Below the pieces are notes generated by a model. It saw only the letters and a program-made list of their open reading frames with translations, was not told where the DNA came from and ran no database searches. Of a DNA stretch of 64,000 bases, positions 25,363-42,730 are shown one piece after another; the stretch's first letter is position 1, and every line of letters begins with the position of its first letter. Source of the DNA: Podarcis gaigeae. Its lineage: Eukaryota. The translations under genes and the position numbers were made by a program. Location of the stretch: NCBI GenBank assembly GCA_964106915.2, contig OZ066916.1, one strand, 5' to 3'.

Positions 25363-25524
25363 TAAGTGATGTGTTGCTCAATGCCGAAGGCTGGGGGGAA
25401 TTTTGTATTTTTATTTTAAAATGCTGAGACTCTGTAACAGATTTGTTAAGCTTTGCTGATGTTGAAGTGTTAAGTGTTAGCTGTTTTGTTACTTGATCTT
25501 TTGTTGAAACAGCAAATGATCTAG

Positions 25525-25710
<186 letters not shown>

Positions 25711-25822
25711 TGAGTTCAACCTCTTACTTGTGGGAGAAAACTTTTGTGAAATGATGCCATAATTTGAACAATGGATGTGTAATATTTTTGCCTGTTGCAT
25801 TGTTGCCCTGTAATCTCAAGTG

Positions 25823-28873
<3,051 letters not shown>

Positions 28874-29931
28874 TAGCTCACTAGATAATCCAAGTAGGCT
28901 TGTTATCAGTGGGCCTTTATTTATATTAATTTACCTCTTCAGTGTGTTTTGTGGGTATAGGATTTATTCATCATCACATTTCTATTAAACCTGTCACATT
29001 AAAGCTCCATGGTGTAAGTCAGAGGTAGGGAACCTTGGAACTGCACCCCTCCAGTCCTCTGCCTGGCCCTTGACCCAGCCCTCACTGACCCTTTTCCATG
29101 GCTTCATTGAGTGCTTTAGCTTGGGAGGAATGTGTGATAATACCTCTTGCTGGCTGAAAATTTGATAATGCCCCTTGCTTGCCTGGATAGAGGGTGAAGA
29201 AGCTTTCATGTGTTCATGTGTGTTTATTCTTAATGTGTGGGCACCTGAATTTTGTACAACTGGAATGTAGTCTATGTCAGATCCATTATGAAGGACTTAG
29301 TTTTTGGAAATGGGTATTTTCAGTTCTTCCCAAGGACCTATTAATCCACACAATAGCAGGTTTAAACACTGCTAGCTTTTATTATTGCAGGATAGAAAGA
29401 TTAGCACATACTCAGGCTCTCAGCAGAAGTAATTTTAGCATCAGAAGTAGTGATAACAGCAGAATAAGTTCCGCTTTCGCATCTCATTCATTTACAACCT
29501 ATAGAAACATTACATCCAACTTACGTCACCCTGCTTAAGCAAAGTAGATACTACCAGGCCAATGTGAAGTCAATCCTTAGGGATTCCTTTAATTCCAGTG
29601 AGCATATCCTAGATTTCTATGGTTGTTCCACCCACCTTTTGCCTCTGCCTCTGCCCACCACTGGAGTGTGGCCCGTTGAAGTTTGCTCACAAGGGAATTG
29701 CAGCCCTTGGCTAAAAAAGGTTCTTCACCCCTGGTATAAGCTGTTATTGGAAGTTAAGGGTTATCCATCTGTAGTGCTCAAGTAGTATGCATGAAATTTC
29801 AACATTTCAACTTCCTATCATATTTTGTGATACAGGCTTCCCCTTAAGCATTTACTGCTTGGTCCATGAAGGACTATGGATGAACGAATAGACTGACCTA
29901 ACTGATTTTTTTTTACCATGGTTTATATTAG

Positions 29932-30090
<159 letters not shown>

Positions 30091-30714
30091 TGAAAACTCA
30101 AATAACATAGAAAGTGTTCACACTTCTTCTAACTCTATTTAACACACTCTGGAAGTGGGCAAATAGTGCAGTGCACTTAAAAAAAGGAGTGCTCTTTGGT
30201 AATTTTATAAAGTATGATCAAAAAGTAATTTTTGCAAGTTTGAAAAATAAACCCCTTAAATGGCATATATGTGTATTTGTATGTTTATATATGGGATGAA
30301 TATGATTTAAGAATATTTTTTGTGGGGGAAATCATAGGGCAAAGTTTATCGTCATACTACAATTCATGATTAATCATACAAAATAAGTTGTACACTCTTG
30401 TCTTAGAAAATTACAACAATATATCAAAATTTAGCTCTGGTTTATTAAATTCTCATGCTAGACATGTTTGAGATCAGGTATAGTGCCACAGCCATGCCGA
30501 TCGACACAACTCATTACATTTTTGATGGTTTGAAGAAGCAATTCCTATTTTTGTGAGCAGTTGGTGTACATAAGTTCTGGAGTGTGGGTGGCAGATCCAG
30601 TGGCAGTTTTTAGTAATCCCAAATAGGAACTGTGACTAGATTGTGGCATAGTCACACTGCCATTCTGGTCATGTGTCTCATCATTATTTTTAATGGTGTG
30701 TCTTTTGGCCTTAG

Positions 30715-30972
<258 letters not shown>

Positions 30973-31001
30973 TAAAGTTGTGTGTTGTTGTTGTTTTTTA
31001 A

Positions 31002-31202
<201 letters not shown>

Positions 31203-31555
31203 TGAAATTTTAATAACATGAATGTATAGAAAGGTTATGAAGAACTATAATTCTGACTTAAAATTGGGCATCAAACCCTTTACAGAAGAATTCAGTCTAC
31301 CAGCAACTCTTACCTGGGACTAGCACTAAACATGCATCTGATAAGCATCCTTCTGGGATTCATGTATATGGCATCCATTCTTGTTGCCAGAACCCTGCAG
31401 AAATACTTTGAGCTCACTGAGGATCCCATAGAGTCCTTTATAAAAATACATCACTAAAAGACTTTTTGTCCCTGAGAGCAAGGGTAACAGTTAAGGTGGA
31501 ACACTTTTCTCTGACTTTCATAAAATGGAATAATAATTATTCTTTGTTTACCTAG

Positions 31556-31744
<189 letters not shown>

Positions 31745-32083
31745 TAATACACAGGGCAGGCAGCTTAAAAGACTTAATTGTTTTACTAGGGAATCTGGAC
31801 TGAATTGGGCTACTGTTTTGGTGTCCCTGTACTTACAGTTTGATGCATACTTCAGTTTGTACCTTTTTTTATTCTGAATGAAAGAATACCAAGAAACACT
31901 GGTATGAAAAATCTCAAAGCTGGAATCCAGTGATGGAATATATCCAGAGGAGATTAGATATGTCACGGTGAATTGCATTAGAATAGGAAAATTGCAATAT
32001 TTTGCTAGATAGAAATGTTGTGTGATGGTGCTAGGAAGGAATTCTGTGTTGACTGTTTTTTATACATGTATATATTTAGTGTA

Positions 32084-32470
32084 GGGATGCAGTGGCACTG
32101 TGGTCTAAACCACCGAGCCTCTTGAACTTGCCGATCATAAGGTCTGCAGTTCAAAACTGCACGATGGGGTGAGCTTCCATTGCTCTGTCTCAGCTCCTGC
32201 CAACCTAGCAGTTTGAAAGCACACCGGTGTGAGCAGATAAATAGGTACCACTGTGGTGGGAATGTAAATGGTGTTTCCATGCACTCTGGCTTCTGTCACA
32301 GTGTCCCATTGCGCCAGAAGTAGTTTGGCCATGCTGGCCACATGACCTGGAAAGCTGTCTGTGGACAAACACCGGCTCCCTCGACCTGAAAGTTGAAATG
32401 AGTGCCTACATCCCATAGTCAAATTCAACTGGACTTAACCGTCCAGGGATCCTTTACTGCCTTTACCTTT
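32084..32470 (+). mobile_element. Sauria SINE (different subfamily)
   Basis: Same body with a variant 3' part; near-perfect TSD TATATTTA(G/A)TGT. Confidence 0.88.
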
Positions 32471-32516
32471 ATATTTAATGTGTATCTTCATAATAGCATA
32501 TAAATATTCTGAATGA

Positions 32517-32789
<273 letters not shown>

Positions 32790-33008
32790 TGAACAGTAAT
32801 CCAAAGTTGCAGCACCACTCATTTTTCGTGATAAACTATGCTTTAAGTTTTCTGCCACATTTGAAACAAAAGTGATTTTTCCTGAGAGTGCTGCTGTAAA
32901 CAGTGTGTAAAGCTTGTAGCTTCTGGAAGAAAATATGTGACTTACATGTCTAAAATGATTTGGAGGTAAATCAAGTGAACATGAAATGAAAGAAGATAGA
33001 AGAGGTAG

Positions 33009-33482
<474 letters not shown>

Positions 33483-33685
33483 TAACGTTTTCTTCATCAC
33501 AATATGCACATTTACCTCGTCATCAAAGGTTATTTCTTCAAAAATATATCTAATTCTTGCAAAAGGACAACTCAGTATATTGGATGATGAACACAGTGCA
33601 CTGCTCTTATGTCATGAAGCAAAGCATCCTCTTGCCTTTGTTTAGGAAACTTGTTCTTGCTCTCATCCACAGGCCATTACAAATA

Positions 33686-33926
33686 CAGTGGTACCTCTAG
33701 TTACGAACTTAATTCGTTCCGGAGGTCCGTTCTTAACCTGAAACTGTTCTTAACTAGAGGCGTGCTTTCGCAAATGGGGCCTCTTGCTGCCGCTGCACCG
33801 CTAGCACACAATTTCCGTTCTCATTCTGGGGCAAAGTTCTCAACTCAAGGTAACTCTTCCAGGTTAGCGAAGTTTGTAACCTGAAGCGTTTGTAACCTGA
33901 GGCATTTGTAACTTGAGTTACCACTG
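33686..33926. mobile_element. Tc1/mariner-type MITE
   Basis: TA TSDs, CAGTGGTA TIRs. Confidence 0.8.
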
Positions 33927-34315
33927 TACACTGCTCAGTATGTTCCATAATCTGCTGTTGGATATTGCAGGGTTGCAGTTGTTTGAAGCCTTTGAAATAT
34001 ATTAACAGCTTCAAATAACATGCACGTGCACACTCTTTGTCTATGAACCCACCCAGGGTCACTACTCGGTCGGGAGGTCAGGAGAACTAGTGATTCTGAA
34101 AAGGACAAGGCTACGCCAATCATAGAGAATAGGCCAGTTGTAGAGAGCTATCATGGGATTATTTGTGGGCTGTCCATTCTGAAGTTGAGAGAGAACATGG
34201 GAGTTTGTAAAGGGAGTTTTGTAATTTATGGGAACATTTAAGTCATGCTTATTGGTAAATTCACCTTGAAATTTTGGTACACAGTCTAGTACACTGACTG
34301 AGGAGGGATGCCGTA

Positions 34316-34533
34316 CAGTGGTACCTCTGGTTACAGACGCTTCAGGTTACAGACTCCGCTAACCCAGAAATAGTACCTCGGGTTAAGAACTTTGCTTCAG
34401 AATGAGAACAGAAATCGTGCTCCGGCAGCAGCGGGAGGCCCCATTAGCTAAAGTGGTACCTCGGGTTAAGAACAGTTTCATGTTAAGAACGGACCTCCAG
34501 AACGAATTAAGTTCTTAACCCGAGGTACCACTG
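34316..34533. mobile_element. Tc1/mariner-type MITE (opposite orientation to the 33686 copy)
   Basis: TA TSDs, CAGTGGTACCTC TIRs. Confidence 0.8.
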
Positions 34534-34654
34534 TATTCAGTTGTTCAAATGGGGTCAGTTTTTTATCACCACCCATTTTAAAATACCTATTCTATTTGCA
34601 ATCCCTGTACACTTTTTGTTGATAGTCTTGATTTTTCTCTCGTGTTTTCTCTAG

Positions 34655-34768
<114 letters not shown>

Positions 34769-35044
34769 TAAAAGTGAAAACATTTATTATCCTTGTTCCA
34801 TTGGTTTGGATCCCTAACTTTCTTTATGTACACAGTATAGAGTTCCTGTTCACAGAAAGGGCTTTTGCATCTTTCTTCTTTCTACTCCTGTGAATGTGGG
34901 CCCCCAAAATCTGGAACTGGTGTGGGTCAATGCAGCTGGTGGGGAGGAGGGAGATGAAGAAATAATCAGGCAGAAATCTACATGAACAGAGGAGCAACTT
35001 AGGGTCTAATGTTGTCTTTTTTGCTTTCATTTTTTTTTAAACAG

Positions 35045-35143
35045 ATTACACTGATCTGGCTATGAGCACTGTGACACAAACACAAGCTGTTCCATACACA
35101 GGCTCTTTCAGTCTGCTTTATTATCAGCTACAAAAGCTAACAG
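35045..35143 (+). CDS. CPSF3: CPSF3 exon 13
   Basis: [32 protein letters not shown]. Confidence 0.95.
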
Positions 35144-35407
35144 GTGCGTAACTGGAGGAAGCCGCTTGAAGTCTCTCCAAAATTATTATTGGAACTTGCT
35201 TGATGAGAAGATCAGTAATGGCCAACAAACTGTTGAAACAACATCCAGCATAACCCACTGTGCAGCTGGAAGAGATTGTTGGGCACATTTTAGGACCATT
35301 TTGAATTCATGAGTTGCAATAGATGCACCCAAGTGGTATGTACAGAGTGTGCCCAAGAAATGTTTAAGCAGTGAGGCATTTATTGTGGTATTTTATATTT
35401 TTTCAAG

Positions 35408-35502
35408 GTGACATAAAAGAAATAGAAGCCCAGGATAAGCCAGCTTTGAAGGTTTTTAAAAGCATTACTGTGGTCCAAGAGCCGGGTATGGTGGTGCTGG
35501 AG
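35408..35502 (+). CDS. CPSF3: CPSF3 exon 14
   Basis: [32 protein letters not shown]. Confidence 0.95.
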
Positions 35503-35925
35503 GTAAGGACAGAATACAAGTTTCTGTATAACTGTTGTGATAATATGCAAGTGGCTTTGAAACAGAGTTGGGCTTCCTGAGGTGAGGGAGTGGTATAATC
35601 TTGGTACCCCAGCATAGAATGTCAGGTACCAAAGCCTTTGAAGTCAGTAGGACAAGGGAGCAAGGCCGATAATGATGAATGTAGTAGATTGGCGGACTCA
35701 TAACATAGCCATTCTAATAGCCTAGTCACAACCACTTTGAACTTTATAGTTAAAGCCGACATAGTTTCCCTCGACATAGTTTCCCTCTTAACCAGAATTT
35801 CAAACCAGCTACAAAACCAAATAAATGTAGAAAGGTGAAAACAAAATTACTTCAGATGGAATTCCTACAATTAATGTGCTCTTTAATCATGCTTTTCCCT
35901 CTCATTCTGCTTTTTCTCCCCCCAG

Positions 35926-36013
35926 TGGGTAGCAAATCCTGCTAATGATATGTATGCAGACACTGTAAAAACAGTGATACTGGAAGTTCAGTCCAATCCC
36001 AAAATTCATAAAG
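35926..36013 (+). CDS. CPSF3: CPSF3 exon 15
   Basis: [29 protein letters not shown]. Confidence 0.95.
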
Positions 36014-37304
36014 GTATTCCCCTTTTTTATTTGTATATATAGTATACTTTTAATAGTGTGTGTTTCTGTGAAAAGATGTGAACTAATTTTATATTGGAGA
36101 ATACAGTTCTGCCAAGCCCAGGGTCCTGAGACACAATCCACTGTCCGGCTTCCCATTACTTTTAGCAGGGCTGAAATAAACAGAATTATATAAACTCCTC
36201 CCTTTAATATGAAACTGGATTTTGAGACATGTATAATATAACATTATTAAAGTCAATTTCATGTGCAAATAGGTAAATTAAAACACAGGGACATTCTTCT
36301 AAATTAAATCATGTCAATCATAGAACATATTATTAATTGGAATTCTATTTGTCAAATTTGTTCAGAATCTAAAGTTCTGAGAAATTAATCTTCAGAGCAG
36401 AAACATACAGTAAGCCCACAACTTACGCCTAAATCCAAAATGGGTTCAGTGGCGAGTGGAATTACCAAAGTCATTTTCCCCAGAACCCAGCCCCCTTTAA
36501 AAAAAATTTAAACTTCTGCCGTGTGCATAAAGCTGAATGCGCACAAGCTTAATGCACATAAAATGTGGGTTCACAGTATCATCTGCAATGAAATGGTACT
36601 AGATAAACCTGGTTCCTAAATGTACCAGCTGAAGAACTATTATTATTAAAAGTTGAGCTGTTAATAGTTCTTCTGTAAATGCCAATAAGCTGCAAACTCG
36701 TTTCATGTTAAGAAACAGAAGCCTGTAACATCACAAAGCTCATTTCGGTGTCTCGCTTGGATACAGATTTCACACCCACAGGGAGAAGGTGTGTGAGACC
36801 TTGTTGGTTCTCTTTCCTCCCCTTTGCCCCTGGAAAAGTGTGGGAGGTGGCACTGATGACCTCAAAAAGAAGGGAGAATCTGCAAAAGCCATTGTCCTCC
36901 CCTGCCCCACTGGTGAGGAGGATCTCTCCAGTGAATCAAAAGCCTTCCAGGGACAGAAGGAGCCCTTCAATTGGCAACAGACAGCAAATTCTGGATTCGG
37001 CCCATAAAATGATCATACTTGTCTATAACCTAATGCATGTCTATGAATCCAATAATTACAGCATGAAGTTCAGATCCAGCTATTCCCCTCCACACACACC
37101 AACATGATCTGAATTAGCTAAGCACAACTTCATTTCCATAATAATGTACAAGAAACCATTTAGACATGTAGGAACTCAGTAGTATGTGCCAATATTTTCC
37201 TTGTTGTTTAATGCCTGTTACATTATAGCTACATATATGTAGCCCAGCTACATTATAACAAATGGCAATTACAATGGAATGTAAAATGTATGGTTTTTTT
37301 CCAG

Positions 37305-37374
37305 CTGTGGTACATAAAATTCCTAAAAAAGAAGAGATAGATGCATATCACAAGAAGATGGAGATTATGCTTCA
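37305..37374 (+). CDS. CPSF3: CPSF3 exon 16
   Basis: AVVHKIPKKEEIDAYHKKMEIML; 70 nt, phases fit. Confidence 0.9.
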
Positions 37375-38105
37375 GTAAGTTATAACATCAAATAACCCTC
37401 TCTTTCCCACGAAAGATAACTATCATATATTTTAGTACCTTTGTTATTGAACAAAATTAATTTTGAGGGCTTGCTCATAACCTTGTAATTAGACCAGAGG
37501 TTATACTGAAAGGCCCAACATTTTTAAAGTGTTAAAATCCATCTAATAGTATGGAAATCATTCTAAAAAGGTTTGAATTTGGTTCTTTTCTAGAAATTTG
37601 TTTGAAACAGAAAGTTAGATTCTTAGGCTACAGTTCTATAGAAATCAGTGGGGCTTATTTTTGCAAAAGAAGCCAGAGGAACATCGCCCGGCTGTGAGGC
37701 ATGAAGGCCGCTCCCTGCAAGGCCCTTTCCACCTGGCCTAGGGGGCAGGGCCCACACTCACCCAGCCCTACTATGTTAAATATGTATTCTGTAGTTGACC
37801 TCCATTGTAATGTTTTACTTTGAAATCTTTAAGATGATATTTTAGTTTTCTGTTAAGTTGCTTTGACTGTATACTCTATATTTGACTTTTTTCAAATTGT
37901 TTTATTGATTTATTGATTTAATATGCTGTAAACCACTTTGAGATTTTTCTTAAAAATATAAAGCAGTATAGAAATTAATTGATTGATTGATTGATTGATT
38001 GATTGATACAAAGGATCACACTGCTAAACAGAAAACACTGTAGTTAAATAGTTATATAATTTGGTGCCATTCTATGTTTATTAATGATTAGTCTTTCATT
38101 TCTAG

Positions 38106-38202
38106 GGACATGTTTGGAGAAGACTGTGTAAGTGCTAAGAAAGATAATGTACTGAGCATCACTGTGGATGGAAAAACAGCAAATCTTTCATTGGATACAC
38201 GG
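38106..38202 (+). CDS. CPSF3: CPSF3 exon 17
   Basis: [32 protein letters not shown]. Confidence 0.95.
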
Positions 38203-38586
38203 GTATTTATAGCTACATTTCATGCTGATGTATTGTGTCTTGTGTAGCCGATGAGATTTATGATTAGGAATGTATGCAGCACCTCAGTAGGTTTTCTGAA
38301 ATCTAACATCTAACCATGCATTTTGGTGACCATTGTCAGAATAAATTGTTCTTTTCAGAAGATTTCCAATTCATTATTGCATTTCCACTTTCAACACTTA
38401 ACCTTTTGGTTGATCACACTTGCTAGAAGATAGTGTGAAATAGAATGATAGAGTGATGTAGAATTGTTTCTTAAATTTCTGTCCACTTTCCAGCTAAAGC
38501 TCATAAAGGAACTTGCAATTATTGTTAATTTTAAAAAGTACTGTGTATAAATTAAATACTCAGAAGGATTACAGTAAATTATGTTT

Positions 38587-38743
38587 TGTAAGGAATGCTG
38601 GAGATCTGCTGGGTTGTTCCTCTTATATTGGGAGAAGTGGGGAGGGGAGGCAACTTTTGCTGATTCCTCCTTCCCCCTGCAGTCCCTCTCTACTTCTCTC
38701 AATATAAGAGGAACAACCCAGCAGATCTCCGGTATTTCTTACA
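38587..38743. repeat. Long inverted repeat (60-bp arms, 37-nt loop)
   Basis: 54 of 60 arm positions are Watson-Crick complementary. Confidence 0.9.
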
Positions 38744-38900
38744 TCAGGATGCTGCTGCTTTACGGCAAACAATGTTCCCTGATAAGACATTTTATATAGG
38801 TATGAAATAGTCAACCAAGCATCAGTAAATTCAGCATTCATGGCATTCTTTACACCCACCTACCCAGTCAAAGTTCTTGAGGCTGCGTGCTCTTAAATTA

Positions 38901-39160
38901 CCGTATTTTTTGCACTATAAGACGCACCAGACCACAAGACGCACCTAGTTTTTGGAGGAGGAAAACAAGAAAAAAAATATTCTGAATCTCAGAAGCCAGA
39001 ACAGCAAGAGGGATCACTACGCAGTGAAAGCAGCAATCCCTCTTGCTGTTCTGGTTTCTGTGATAGCTGCACAGCCTGCATTCGCTCCATAAGATGCACA
39101 CACATTTCCCCCTTACTTTTTAGGAGGGGAAAAGTGAGTGTTATAGAGCAAAAAATGTGG
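38901..39160. mobile_element. MITE of the CCGTATTTTT TIR family
   Basis: TA flanks, TIRs, internal 25-bp hairpin. Confidence 0.75.
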
Positions 39161-39540
39161 TAATTGAGAATGAATTGGGCACATTATTGCTGGCATAACA
39201 CCTAGAATTAAAGTACCTTGTCAAGCTTGTTTAAGGCTGTTAAACCCAATGGTACTAACCAAGAGTAACTGGCTACATAATTGTATGACTTTGGCTGAGA
39301 TCCAGAAAGCAATTTAGGCTCAGATGTAGGGGTTTGTGGTAGCCCTTTGAAAGTTTCGACCACATTTCAAAAGCAGTTAGGGGAATTTAAGTCTAAATTT
39401 ACGTTGGATTCATGGAATGAGTTATGTGGGTGTTTAGATTTTTTAAAAATTGTCTGGCTTCTATGCAAAGAGTCTTCTCAAGAAGATCTAAGAAATAAAT
39501 TAGGGACTTGGAAATTGATTCTTATTTTCTTCTCTTCTAG

Positions 39541-39645
39541 ACTGTTGACCATGAACCAGGATGTGAAGATGATGATGAAACTCTTCGGGAAATGGTGGAG
39601 TTAGCTGCACAGCGACTCTACGATGCCATCACCCCTGTGCAATAA
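39541..39645 (+). CDS. CPSF3: CPSF3 exon 18 (last)
   Basis: [34 protein letters not shown] then TAA; total CDS 2079 nt = 692 aa plus stop. Confidence 0.95.
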   Translation, partial: TVDHEPGCEDDDETLREMVELAAQRLYDAITPVQ

Positions 39646-39723
39646 ACTGATTGTCCATTGTATATTTTGGGGCCTATAGAAAAATTGTTACAAATCCATT
39701 TATTCTCAATGTGGTTTTTAAAA

Positions 39724-39729
39724 AATAAA
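39724..39729 (+). terminator. CPSF3 polyadenylation signal
   Basis: AATAAA about 80 nt after the stop, followed by U-rich sequence. Confidence 0.65.
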
Positions 39730-41574
39730 TGTTCTTTAACAAAGTACGTTTACCTTTTTCTTAGCCATGAAACTGTTTTAGCCCCAAGTGGGCAGATGGC
39801 AATAGCAGACTTATTGATATAAGATGGAAATGTATTATAGAAAATGATCCTTTTAATTAGGTCTAGTAACAGAAATATGCAACCTCTTATATGTGTAAGA
39901 TAATATATTATTAGGGACAGCTCCTCTGTAACAAAGGAATTGTGTGTATCTTTTAAAAATATATTTTAAAAATGTCTCTTGTTAATGGCCTGATTATAAA
40001 ACTTACAAAGACTAAAATCCCAAGTAACTTGTGGAAACTTCAGCTTCAAAAGCTGCCTCTTTTAACTATAGCCCTCTACACCACCTGGGAATCTGCTCCA
40101 AGAAACTAGAAACTATCTCTGATGTGACACCAGAGGTCACAGGTGGATTTCGGAAAAGTCCTAAAATGTGTATGGGAGCATACATAGATATACATACATA
40201 CGTACACACCTCTTTCAGACCATGTTTGTTTTGTGTCCTGGATTGACTTACAAGACATTAATTATCACACACACCTAAAATTACATACATGCACCAGAAC
40301 GTTCCTGGCTCTGCTAGCTTCTTAACTCCAAGAGTGACAAAGTGAATTAAGAAATTTTAGCTGCTCTGCTCTTGGTTCGTCTCCCCTCCCCACCCTGGCT
40401 TTTTAGCACTTGGCTCCTTTGCAAAAAGTTTTCTTGTTTGATTTGTCCATATCAGGTTGCTGTTAAAAGCATAGCAGCTAGGTTTTGCTGTGTGGCAAGT
40501 TGCAAACTGAATACACGAGGAGGAGGTGGAAGAAACTTGAGATGGATTTTAGAATGAGGTTGCTCCATGAAATTCATTGGCAGTAACATTCAGGATGACA
40601 AAAAGGAAAGTACTTCTGCACACAACACTGCCTGCTCTCACAATATGGGGGTGGCAATGGCAGAGACTGGTAGATAACACAACTTCATGGAGGGCAGGTC
40701 TAGCTAAGCATAACCTCCAGCATCAGACTATGCAACTGAATACCAGTTATTTTTATTGATTACCCATCTTTCACCCTAAAGTTGCTTAGGAACATGAATC
40801 AGAAAGTGCTATTGCTATTAATGTTGTTAGCATTCTTTATTGCATTTACAGAGGCCCGACTGACCTCAACCAGAAGTTGGGCATGCAGTGTCTCCAGTCT
40901 ATTTCAAAAATGATACACCGCTTGATTGTACGGGGTGTAGAATAAAACCTCATGCTGTGGAATACTTCCAGCCAATTTGGCAGGTGCCCTGGGAATACTT
41001 AACCAGGCAGGCCTATGCAGCCATTTTTAATTTTCTTCAGTAGCCATTAAATGTAATGTTTTCTATATTGCTATGCACCACTGTGTCCTTTGAGGAGGGG
41101 GTGGTGCATAGATACTTTTATAAATAAATACAATTTATATCCACCTTTCTTCCAAGAAGCTGAAGGTGGCACATACGATTCTACACCTGGCTTGCTTCAT
41201 CTCATTATCTTATATTTTCATGGGTATATCCAGTAATCTTTTTGGTTGGGGGGGGCAGCCAAATTTTCTTTTTTTAGGTGATCAAAGTTGTAAAATCACA
41301 GATAAAAATACCCACGTGAAGAGGACATTAGAGGGCGGCAGGCTTCCGCTGTAGGTGGAGTGTCATAACCTCAAATAATAAGTGCTTTCAATGCTTTACA
41401 ATAATGTTTGTGGATCTAGGGTGGAGGGCAGCTGCCCCCCCCCCACACCCCTTGGCTATGCCCATATATATATTTCACTTTTTTCCTGTTGTAAAACGCC
41501 CTGTGATCTTCAGATTAAAAAGGTAGGATAGAAATTTAATAAACGATACTTGCACTATGAGGTGTCAAAAAGGT

Positions 41575-41978
41575 TATTTATGTATGCCACTACTGCAGCC
41601 TGTGTTTTGTTAACCCAAAAATGGAAAATGAGCGAGGGTCCCAACTAAAGAGGAATGGCCACTTAAACTAATGGAATATGTGCAGCTTGCAGATCTAACA
41701 TATAGAAGAACATACGTTTAAAGTAGATTGGAAAATGTTTATGGAACATATGGAGGGGATTGTGTACACTTGAAAACGTTAAGATAAATTCAACAGTGTA
41801 AATAAGTTTTGATAAGATGTAATGATGGAATACTGAATGGCTTGGTTTATATAAAATATGCAGGGATTTATGTCATGCAAAATGAACCATGGAAGGAGAA
41901 GAAGGAAAGTCATTGATATTTTAAGGTTGGTTAAATGAATATTCTAAATTGTAAAACATGAAATGTAATAAAAAAAAT
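41575..41978 (+). mobile_element. L1-like LINE 3' fragment
   Basis: QKWK..PTKEEW.LKLMEYVQLADLT..DWKMF peptide remnant, 3'UTR ending in AATAAAAAAAA. Confidence 0.6.
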
Positions 41979-41990
41979 TGTGTGTGTGTG

Positions 41991-42086
41991 TGATTAAGCA
42001 GCTGGGAAATCAGGGTTCAAATTCTGACTAGGCCATGGAGTTCAGGGGGTGGAAATTGAACCCTGATCACCCAGCTGCTTCAATCA
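41991..42086. repeat. Inverted repeat upstream of the IAH1 promoter
   Basis: AAGCAGCTGGG..ATCAGGGTTCAA versus TTGAACCCTGAT..CCCAGCTGCTT. Confidence 0.8.
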
Positions 42087-42099
42087 GCCACACTTTGAA

Positions 42100-42730
42100 C
42101 CGTTCGTGTGCTGGTGCTGCTGCAGGTGTGGGGCTCCCCAGGTGCGTCGGGTTGGCCTTCAGGTTTTTTACGCCACCTTCGCTATAACCCGGCCAGGAGA
42201 GACGGAGGGAGAGGCCTCCTCGCGCGCGCCCCACTTCCCCTTTGAATGCCGGCGGGCAAAGCGGCAGCCTCGTCTAAAGCCCCTCTGTCGGCGGCGGCGG
42301 CGGCTCCTCCTCAGCTCAGCGGAGCGGAAGGCAAGCGCTGCAAAGAGCGGCCTCAAGACCGGCCCGCCTCTCCGCCGCCCAGACGACCGACTCTCATGGC
42401 CCTCTCTGAGGCCCAGGCCTGCGGGAGGCGGCTGCTGCTGTGGTCCCCACCGAGGGTCATCCTCTTCGGAGACTCCATCACTGAGGTAATTCTCCCGAGG
42501 GGTGGCTTCTCCTCCTCCTCGCCGTCAGCGGTTGGGAAGGCGGGTCACGACGACGAAGGCCGGCCCAGGGGCCTTCGTCTGCTCTTACTCAAAGCGTCGC
42601 CCCTGACGCCTCGCCGTAGGGCCTTGTCCTACCCCACTTCTGCTTCCCCCCCTCCCTCGTGTTCCCACCATTGAGAAGCAGAATTGTAAGGAAGGAGGAG
42701 AGCGGGCAGGGAAGCGGGTTTGGTTTCTGT
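42100..42730 (+). promoter_or_regulatory. IAH1 CpG-island promoter and first exon region
   Basis: High GC and CpG density around IAH1 exon 1. Confidence 0.8.
42396..42485 (+). CDS. IAH1: IAH1 (SGNH/GDSL esterase) exon 1
   Basis: MALSEAQACGRRLLLWSPPRVILFGDSITE|gtaat; GDS catalytic Ser motif. Confidence 0.92.
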
